Shown piece after piece: positions 1-10,976 of a stretch of DNA of 64,000 bases (the first letter of the stretch is position 1; every line of letters begins with the position of its first letter). The notes beneath the pieces were generated by a model, which was not told the DNA's origin, ran no database searches, and saw only the letters and a list, made by a program, of their open reading frames with translations. Both the position numbers and the translations under genes were made by a program. Source of the DNA: the human T2T-CHM13v2.0 reference genome, Homo sapiens; the NCBI RefSeq assembly GCF_009914755.1, contig NC_060933.1; one strand, given 5' to 3'.

Positions 1-1660
1 AATGGAATGGAATCAACCCGAGTGCAGGGGAATGGAATGGAATGGAATGCAATGGAATGGAATCATCCGGAATGGAATGGAATGGAATGGAATGCAATGG
101 AATGGAATGGAATGGAATCAACCCGAGTGCAATGGAATGGAGTGAAATGGAATGGAATGGAATGGAGACAACCAGAATGGATTGGAATATAATGGAGTGT
201 AAGGGAATTGAATAGAATCAATCTGAATGTAATGAAATGGAATGGAACGGAATGGAATGGAATGCAATGGAATGGAATGGAATGCAATGGAATGGAATCA
301 ACACGAGTGCAATCGAATGGAATCGAATGGAATGGAATGCAATGGAATGGATTCAACTTGAATGGAATGGAAAGAATGGAATCAACACGAGTGGAATGGC
401 ATGGATTGGAATGGAATGGAATGGAATCAACCCGAGTATAGGGGAATGGAATGGAATGGAATGCAATGGAATGGAATCATCCGTAATGGAATGGAAAGGA
501 ATGGAATGGAATGGAATGGAATGGAATGGAATGGAATGGAATCAACTCGATTGCAATCGAATGGAATGGAATGGAATTAACCCGAATAGAATGGAATGGA
601 ATGGAATGGAACGGAACGGAACGGAATGGAATGGATTGGAATGGAATGGAATGGAATGGAATGGAATGGAATGGAATGATACGGAATAGAATGGAATGGA
701 ACGAAATGGAATGGAATGGAATGGAATGGAATGGAATGGAATCGTTCCGAGTGGAATAGGAGGGAATGTATTCGAGTGGAATGGAAAGGAATGGATTCAA
801 CCAGAGTGGAATGGAAGGGAATGGAATGGAATGGATTGGAATGGAATGGAATGCAATGGAATGGAATCAACCCGAGTGCAATCGAATGGAATCAAATGGA
901 ATGGAATGCAATGGAATGGATTCAACTTGAATGGAAAGGAAAGAATGGAATCAACACGAGTGGAATGGCATGGATTGGAAAGGAATGGAATGGAATCAAC
1001 CCGAGTACAGGGGAATGGAATGGAATGGAATGAAATGGAATGGAATCATCAGTAATGGAATGGAAAGGAATGGAAAGGACTGGAATGGAATGGAATGGAA
1101 TGGAATGGAATGGAATGGAATGGAATCAACTCGATTGCAATCGAATGGAATGGAATGGAATTAACCCGAATAGAATGGAATGGAATGGAATGGAACGGAA
1201 CGGAATGGAATGGAATGGAATGGAATGGAACGGAAAGGAATGGAATGGAATGGAATGGAACGGAATGGAATGGAATGGAATCAACTCGAGTGCAGGGGAA
1301 TGGAATGGAATAGAATGGAATGGAAAGGAATGGAATGGAGTCAACCTGAGTGCAGGGGAACGTAATGGAACGGAATGCAATGGAATGGAATCATCCAGAA
1401 TGGAATGGAATGGAATGGAATGGAATCAACCCGAGTGCAATGGAATGGAGTGGAATGGAAAGGAATGGAATGGAACAACCCGAATGGAATGGAATGTAAT
1501 GGAGAGTAAGGAAGTTGAATAGAATCAATCCAAATGTAATGGAATGGAATGGAACGGAATGGAATGGAATGGAATGGAATGGAATGGAATGGAATGCAAT
1601 GGAATGGAATCAACCCGAGTACAATGGAATGGAATGGAATGGAATGGAATGCAATGGAAT

Positions 1661-1675
1661 GGAATCTTCCGGAAT
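1661..1675. promoter_or_regulatory. Representative consensus three-unit heat-shock element gGAAtcTTCcgGAAt (about 27 copies in the window); function untested
   Basis: GGAATCTTCCGGAAT matches nGAAnnTTCnnGAAn exactly. This is a motif match only. Confidence 0.45.
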
Positions 1676-3924
1676 GGAATGGAATGGAATGGAATGGAAT
1701 GGAATGGAATAGAATGCAATGGATTCAACTCGATTGCAATGGAATGGAATAGAATGGAATGGAATGGAATGGAATGGAATGGAATTAAACCGAATAGAAT
1801 GGAATGGAATGAAATGGAACGGAACAGAACGGAACGGAACGGAACGGAGTGGAATGGAATGGAATGGAATTGTATGGAATGGAATGGACTGGTACGGAAT
1901 AGAATGGAATGGAAAGAATTGGAATGGAATGGAATCGAATGGAATGGAATGGAATGGAATGGAATCAACCCGAGTGCAGGGGAATGTAATGGAACGGAAT
2001 GCAATGGAATGGAATCATCCGGAATGGAATGGAATGGAATGGAATGGAATGGAATGGAATGGAATCAACCCGAGCGCAATGGAATGGAGTGGAATGGAAT
2101 GGAGTGGAATGGAACAACCCGAATGGAATGGAATGTAATGGAGAGTAAGGGAGTTGAATAGAATCAATCCGAATGTAATGGAATGGAAAGGAATGGAATG
2201 GAATGGAATGGAATGGAATGGAATGGAATGGAATGCAATGCAATGGAATGGAATCAACCCGAGTACAATGGAACGGAATGGAATGTAATGTAATGTAATG
2301 GAATGGAATGGAATGGAATGGAATGGAATCAACCCGAGTGCAATGGAATGGAGAGGAATGGAATGGAATGGAATGGAAACTACCCGAATGGAATGGAATG
2401 TAATGGAGTGTAAGGGAATTGAATAGAATCAATCCGAATGGAATGGAATGGAATGGAACGGAATGGAATGGAATGGAATGGAATGGAATGGAATGGAATG
2501 CAATGGAATGGAATCAACCCGAGTGCAATCGAATGGAATCGAATGGAATGGAATGCAATGGAATGGATTCAACTTGAATGGAATGGAAAGAATGGAATCA
2601 ACACGAGTGGAATGGCATGGATTGGAATGGAATGGAATGGAATCAACCCGTGTACAGGGGAGTGGAATCGAATGGAATGCAATGGAATGGAATCATCCGT
2701 AATGGAATGGAAAGGAATGGAATGGAATGGAATGGAATGGAATGGAATGGAATCAACTCGATTGCAATCGAATGGAATGGAATGGAATTAACCCGAATAG
2801 AATGGAAAGGAATGGAATGGAACGGAACGGAATGGAATGGAATGGAATGGAATGGAATGGAATGGAATGGAACGGAAAGGAAGGGAATGGAATGGAATAG
2901 AATGGAATGGAATGGAATCAACGCGAGTGCAGGGGAATGGAATGGAATGGAATGCAATGGAATGGAATCTTCCGGAATGGAATGGAATGGAATGGAATGG
3001 AATGGAATCAACCCGAGTTCAATGGAATGGAGTGGAATGGAATGGAATGGAATGGAACAACCCGAATGGAATGGAATGTAATGGAGAGTAAGGTAGTTGA
3101 AAAGAATCAATCCGAATGTAATGGAATGGAATGGAATGGAATGGAGTGGAATGGAATGGAATGGAACCTTCCGGAATGGAATGGAATGGAATGGAATGGA
3201 ATGGAATGGAATGGAATGCAATGGATTCAACTCGATTGCAATGGAATGGAATAGAATGGAATGGAATGGAATGGAATGGAATGGAATTAAACCGAATAGA
3301 ATGGAATGGAATGGAATGGAACGGAACAGAACGGAACGGAACGGAACGGACTGGAATGGAATGGAATGGAATTGTATGGAATGGAATGGAATGGTACGGA
3401 ATAGAATGGAATGGAAAGAATTGGAATGGAATGGAATCGAATGGAATGGAATGGAATGGAATGGAATCAACCCGAGTGGAGGGGAATGTAATGGAACGGA
3501 AAGCAATGGAATGGAATCATCCGGAATGGAATGGAATGGAATGGAATGGAATCAACTCGATTGCAATCGAATGGAATGGAATGGAAATAACCCGAATAGA
3601 ATGGAATGGAATGGAATGGAACGGAACGGAATGGAATGGAATGGAATGGAATGGAACGGAACGGAACGGAACGGAATGTAATGGAATGGAATGGAATGGA
3701 ACGGAACGGAATGGAATGGAACGGAATGGAATGGAATGGAATCAACTCGATTGCAATCGAATGGAATGGAATGGAATTAACCCGAATAGAATGGAATGGA
3801 ATGGAATGGAACGGAACGGAATGGAAAGGAATGTAATGGAATGGAATGGAACGGAACGGAACGGAGTGGATTGGAATGGAATGGAATGGAATGGAATCAA
3901 CGCGAGTGCAGGGGAATGGAATGT

Positions 3925-4650
3925 AATGGAATGGAATGAAATGCAATGGATTCAACTCGATTGCAATGGAATGGAATAGAATGGAACGGAATGGAATTGA
4001 ATGGAATTAATCCGAATAGAATGGAATGGAATGGAATGGAACGGAATGGAACGGAATGGAATGGAATGGAATGGAATGGAATGGTATGGAATGGAATGGA
4101 ATGGTACGGAATAGAATGGAATGGAACGAATTGTAATGGAATGGAATTGAGTGGAATGGAATGGAATGGAATGGAATGGAATCAACGCGAGTGCAGGGGA
4201 ATGTAATGGAACGGAATGCAATGGAATGGAATCATCCGGAATGGAATGGAATGGAATGGAATGGAATGGAATGGAATGCAATGGAATGGAATCTTCCGGA
4301 ATGGAATGGAATGGAATGGAATGGAATGAAATGCAATGGATTCAACTCGATTGCAATGGAATGGAATAGAATGGAATGGAATGGAATGGAATGGAATTAA
4401 TCCGAATAGAATGGAATGGAATGGAATGGAAAGGAATGGAACGGAATGGAATGGAATGGAATGGAATGGAATGGTATGGAATGGAATGGAATGGTACGGA
4501 ATAGAATGGAATGGAACGAATTGTAATGGAATGGAATTGAATGGAATGGAATGGAATCAACGCGAGTGCAGGGGAATGTAATGGAACGGAATGCAATGGA
4601 ATGGAATCATCCGGAATGGAATGGAATGGAATGGAATGGAATGGAATGGA
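3925..4650 (+). repeat. Local tandem duplication, ~375-390 bp unit (2 copies)
   Basis: ATGGAATGAAATGCAATGGATTCAACTCGA at 3931 and 4321, each followed by TTAATCCGAATAG, GGTATGG, GGTACGG, GAACGAATTGTAAT and CAACGCGAGTGCAGGGGAATGTA. ORF pair 3946/4336 gives offset 390. Confidence 0.8.
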
Positions 4651-7600
4651 ATGGAATCAACCCGAGTGCAATGGAATGGAGTGGAATGGAACGGAATGGA
4701 ATGGAACAACCCGAATGGAATGGAATGTAATGGACAGTAAGGGAGTTGAATAGAATCAATCCGAATGTAATGGAATGGAATGCAACGGAATGGAATGGAA
4801 TGGAATGGAATGGAATGGAATGCAATGGAATTGAATCAACCTGAGTACAATGGAATGGAATGGAATGGAATGGAATGGAATGGAATGGAAAGGAATGGAA
4901 TGGAATGATACGGAATAGAATGGAATGGAACGAAATGGAATGGAATGGAATGGAATGGAATGGAATGGAATGGAATGGAATCGTTTCGAGTGGAATAGGA
5001 GGGAATGTATTCGAGTGGAATGGAAAGGAATGGTATCAACCAGAGTGGAATGGAAGGGAATGGAATGGAATGGAAACTAATAGAATGGAATCAACCCGAG
5101 TGGAATGGAATGGAAAGGACTGGAATGGAATGGAATGGAATGGAATGGAATCAACTCGATTGTAATGGAATGGAATGCAATGGAATGGAATGGAATGGAA
5201 TTAACCCAAATACAATGGAATGGAATGGAATGGAACGGAATGGAGTGGAATGGAATGGAATCAACCCGAGTGCAGGGGAATGGAATGGAATGGAATGCAA
5301 TGGAATGGAATCATCCGGAATGGAATGGAATGGAATGGAATGCAAAGCAATGGAATCAACTCGATTGCAATGGAATGGAATGGAGTGGAAAGGAATACAT
5401 TGGAATCAACCCGAGTGGAATGGAATGGAAAGGACTGGAATGGAGTGGAATGGAATGGAATGGAATGGAATGGAATGGAATCAACTCGATTGGAATGGAA
5501 TGGAATGGAATGGAATGGAATGGAATGGAATGGAATTAACCCGAATAGAATGGAATGGAATGGAATGGAACGGAACGGAATGGAATGGATTGGAATGGAA
5601 TGGAATGGAATGGAATTAACCCGACTGCAGGGGAATGGAATGGAATGGAATGCAATGGAATGGATTCAACTTGAATGGAATGGAAAGAATGGAATCAACA
5701 CGAGTGGAATGGCATGGATTTGAATGGAATGCAATGGAATCAACCCGAGTACAGGGGAATGGAATGGAATGAAATGCAATGGAATGGAATCATCCGTAAT
5801 GGAATGGATAGGAAAGGAATGGAATGGAATGGAATGGAATGGAATGGAATAGAATGGAATGGAATCAACTCGATTGCAATCGAATGGAATGGAATGGAAT
5901 TAACCCGAATAGAATGGAATGGAATGGAATGGAACGGAACGGAACGGAATGGAATGGATTGGAATAGAATGGAATGGAATGGAATGGAACGGAAAGGAAT
6001 GGAATGCAATGGAATGGAATGGAATGGAATGGAATCAACGCGAGTGCAGGGGAATGGAATGGAATGGAATGCAATGGAATGGAATCTTCCGGAATGGAAT
6101 GGAATGGAATGGAATGCAATGGAATCAACCCGAGTGCAATGGAATGGAGTGGAATGGCATGGAATGGAATGGAACAACCCGAATGGAATGGAATGTAATG
6201 GAGAGTAAGGGAGTTGAATAGAATCAATCCGAATGTAATGGAATGGAATGGAACGGAATGGAATTGAATGGAATGGAATGGAATGCAATGGAATGGAATC
6301 AACCCGAGTGCAATGGAATGGAGAGGAATGGAATGGAATGGAATGGAAACTACCCGAATGGAATGGAATGTAATGGAGTGTAAGGGAATTGAATAGAATC
6401 AATCCGAATGTAATGGAATGGAATGGAACGGAATGGATTGGAATGGAATGGAATGGAATGGAATGCAATGGAATGGAATCAACCCGAGTGCAATCAAATG
6501 GAATCGAATGGAATGGAATGCAATGGAATGGATTCAACTTGAATGGAATGGAAAGAATGGAATCAACACGAGTGGAATGGCATGGATTGGAATGGAATGG
6601 AATGGAATCAACCCGAGTACAGGGGAATGGAATGGAATCGAATGCAATGGAATGGAATCATCCGTAATGGAATGGAAAGGAATGGAATGGAATGGAATGG
6701 AATGGAATGGAATGGAATGGAATGGAATCAACTCGATTGCAATCGAATGGAATGGAATGGAATTAACCCGAATAGAATGGAATGGAATGGAATGGAATGG
6801 AACAGAACGGAATGGAATGGAATGGAATGGAATGGAATGGAACGGAACGGAATGGAATGGATGGAATGGAATGGAATGGAATGGAATGGAATCAACGCGA
6901 GTGCAGGGGAATGGAATGGAGTGGAATGCAATGGAATGGAATCTTCCGGAATGGAATGGAATGGAATGGAATGGAATGGAATGAAATGCAATGGATTCAA
7001 CTCGATTGCAATGGAATGGAATAGAATGGAATGGAATGGAATGGAATTAACCCGAATAGAATGGAATGGAATGGAATGGAACGGAATGGAACGGAATGGA
7101 ATGGAATGGAATGGAATGGAATGGTATGGAATGGAATGGAATGGTACGGAATAGAATGGAATGGAACGAATTGTAATGGAATGGAATTGAATGGAATGGA
7201 ATGGAATGGAATGGAATCAACGCGAGTGCAGGGGAATGTAATGGAACGGAATGCAATGGAATGGAATCATCCGGAATGGAATGGAATGGAATGGAATGGA
7301 ATGGAATGGAATCAACCCGAGTGCAATGGAATGGTGTGGAATGGAATGGAATGGAATGGAACAACCCGAATGGAATGGAATGTAATGGAGAGTAAGGGAG
7401 TTGAATAGAATCAATCCGAATGTAATGGAATGGAATGCAACGGAATGGAATGGAATGGAATGGAATGGAATGCAATGGAATTGAATCAACCCGAGTGCAA
7501 TAGAATGGAATCGAATGGAATGGAATGCAATGGAATGGATTCAACTTGAATGGAATGGAAGGAATGGAATCAACACGAGTGGAATGGCATGGATTGGAAT

Positions 7601-8799
7601 GGAATGGAATGGAATCAACCCGAGTACAGGGGAATGGAATGGAATGGAATGCAATGGAATGGAATCATCCGTAATGGAATGGAAAGGAAAGGAATGGAAT
7701 GGAATGGAATGGAATGGAATGGAATGGAATCAACTCGATTGCAATCGAATGGAATGGAATGGAATTAACCCGAAAAGAATGGAATGGAATGGAATGGAAT
7801 GGAACGGAACGGAATGGAATGGAATGGAATGGAATGGAATGGAACGGAACGGAACGGAACGGAATGGAATGGAATGGAATGGAATGGAATGGAATGGAAT
7901 GGAATCAACGCGAGTGCAGGGGAATGGAATGGAATGGAATGCAATGGAATGGAATCTTCCGGAATGGAATGGAATGGAATGGAATGGAATGAAATGCAAT
8001 GGATTCAACTCCATTGCAATGGAATGGAATAGAATGGAATGGAATGGAATGCAATGGAATTAATCCGAATAGAATGGAATGGAATGCAATGGAACGGAAT
8101 GGAACGGAATGGAATGGAATGGAATGGAATGGAATGGTATGGAATGGAATGGAATGGTACGGAATAGAATGGAATGGAACGAATTGTAATGGAATGGAAT
8201 TGAATGGAATGGAATGGAATGGAATGCAATGGAATTGAATCAACCCGAGTGCAATAGAATGGAATCGAATGGAATGGAATGGAATGGAATGGAATTAACC
8301 CGAATAGAATGGAATGGAATGGAATGGAACGGAATGGAGTGGAATGGAATGGAATCAACCCGAGTGCAGGGGAACGGAATGGAATGGAATGCAATGGAAT
8401 GGAATCATCCGGAATGGAATGGAATGGAATGGAATGCAAAGCAATGGAATCAACTCGATTGCAATGGAATGGAATGGAATGGAAAGGAATAGAATGGAAT
8501 TGTACGGAACGGAATGGAATGGTACGGAATAGAATCGAATGGAAAGAATTGGAATGGAAAGGAATGGAATGGAATGGAATGGAATGGAATGGAATGGAAT
8601 CAACCCGAGTGCAATGGAATGGAGTGGAATGGAATGGAATGGAATGGAACAACCCGAATGGAAAGGAATGTAATGGAGAGTAAGGGAGTTGAATAGAATC
8701 AATCCGAATGTAATGGAATGGAATGGAACGGAATGGAATGGAATGTAATGGAATGGAATGCAATGGAATGGAATCAACCCGAGTACAATGGAATGGAAT

Positions 8800-9488
8800 G
8801 GAATGGAATGGAATGGAATGGAATGGAATGGAATGGAATGGAATCAACCCGAATAGAATGGAATGGAATGGAATGGAACGGAATGGAATGGAAACTACCC
8901 GAATGGAATGGAATGTAATGGAGTGCAAGGGAATTGAATAGAATCAATCCGAATGGAATGGAATGGAATGGAACGGAATGTAATGTAATAGAATGGAATG
9001 GAATCAACCCGAGTGCAGGGGAATGGAATGGAATGGAATGCAATATAATGGAATCATCCGGAATGGAATGGAAAGGAATGGAATGGAATGGAATCAACCC
9101 GAGTGCAATGGAATGGAGTGAAATGGAATGGAATGGAATGGAAACAACCACAATGGATTGAAATATAATGGAGTGTAAGGGAATTGAATAGAATCAATCC
9201 GAATGGAATGGAATGGAATGGAACGGAATGTAATGTAATGGAATGGAATGGAATCAACCCGAGGGCAGGGGAATGGAATGGAATGGAATGCAATATAATG
9301 GAATCATCCGGAATGGAATGGAATGGAATGGAATGGAATGGAATGGAATGGAATGGAAACAACCCGAGTGCAATGGAATGGAGTGAAGTGGAATGGAATG
9401 GAATGGAAACAACCAGAATGGATTGGAATATAATGGAGTGTAAGGGAATTGAATAGAATCAATCTGAATGTAATGAAATGGAATGGAA
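8800..9488 (+). repeat. ~0.7 kb block, copy 1 (repeated 1,488 bp downstream); contains an internal 250 bp tandem
   Basis: Identical translated ORFs 8934/10422, 9054/10542 and 9184/10672, all offset 1488. Rare variants CAATATAAT, AAACAACCACAATGGATTGAAATAT and CCCGAGGGCAGG are shared. Internal repeat at 8931 and 9181. Confidence 0.9.
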
Positions 9489-10287
9489 CGGAATGGAATG
9501 GAATGAAATGGAATGGAATGCAATAGAATGGAATCAACCCGAGTGCAATCGAATGGAATCGAATGGAATGGAATGCAATGGAAAGGATTCAACTTGAATG
9601 GAATGGAAAGAATAGAATCAACACGAGTGGAATGGCATGGATTGGAATGGAATGGAATGGAATCAACCCGAGTACAGGGGAATGGAATGGAATGGAATGC
9701 AATGGAATGGAATCATCCGTAATGGAATGGAAAGGAATGGAATGGAATGGAATGGAATGGAATGGAATGGAATGCAACGGAATCAACTCGATTGCAATTG
9801 AATGGAATAGAATGGAATTAACCAGAATAGAATGGAATGGAACGGAATGGAACGCAACGGAATGGAATGGATTGGAATGGAATGGAACGGAAAGGAATGG
9901 AATGGAATGGAATGGAATGGAATGGAATCAACGCGAGTGCAGGGGAATGGAATGGAATGGAATGGAATGGAATGGAATGGAATGGAATGGAATGGAATCA
10001 ACCCGAGTGCAGGGGAATGTAATGGAACGGAATGCAATGGAATGGAATCATCCGGAATGGAATGGAATGGAATGGAATGGAATGGAATGGAATGGAGTGG
10101 AATGGAATGGAATGGAATGGAACAACCCGAATGGAATGGAATGTAATGGAGTGTAAGGGAATTGAATAGAATCAATCCGAATGTAATGGAATGGAATGGA
10201 ACGGAATGGAATGGAATGGAATGGAATGGAATGCAATGGAATGGAATCAACATGAGTAGAATGGAATGGAAAGGAATGGAATGCAAT

Positions 10288-10976
10288 GGAATGGAATGGA
10301 ATGGAATGGAATGGAATGGAATGGAATGGAATCAACCCGAATAGAATGGAATGGAATGGAATGGAACGGAATGGAATGGAAACTACCCGAATGGAATGGA
10401 ATGTAATGGAGTGCAAGGGAATTGAATAGAATCAATCCGAATGGAATGGAATGGAATGGAACGGAATGTAATGTAATAGAATGGAATGGAATCAACCCGA
10501 GTGCAGGGGAATGGAATGGAATGGAATGCAATATAATGGAATCATCCGGAATGGAATGGAAAGGAATGGAATGGAATGGAATCAACCCGAGTGCAATGGA
10601 ATGGAGTGAAATGGAATGGAATGGAATGGAAACAACCACAATGGATTGAAATATAATGGAGTGTAAGGGAATTGAATAGAATCAATCCGAATGGAATGGA
10701 ATGGAATGGAACGGAATGTAATGTAATGGAATGGAATGGAATCAACCCGAGGGCAGGGGAATGGAATGGAATGGAATGCAATATAATGGAATCATCCGGA
10801 ATGGAATGGAATGGAATGGAATGGAATGGAATGGAATGGAATGGAAACAACCCGAGTGCAATGGAATGGAGTGAAGTGGAATGGAATGGAATGGAAACAA
10901 CCAGAATGGATTGGAATATAATGGAGTGTAAGGGAATTGAATAGAATCAATCTGAATGTAATGAAATGGAATGGAA
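10288..10976 (+). repeat. ~0.7 kb block, copy 2
   Basis: Matches 8800-9488 at a constant offset of 1488. Confidence 0.9.

Noticed and set aside
21-40. G-quadruplex potential from GCAGGGG and GG repeats
   Set aside because: Runs of three or more G are isolated and widely spaced, and I saw no canonical four-tract motif.
741-780. AGGAGG followed by ATG (ATAGGAGGGAATGTA), resembling a Shine-Dalgarno site
   Set aside because: It is a diverged pentamer pair within a recurring satellite cassette, the spacing is too short, and the context is not bacterial.
2150-2175. Possible DUX4 site in TTGAATAGAATCAATCC
   Set aside because: It does not match the TAAYYYAATCA-type consensus; only the AATCA half is present.
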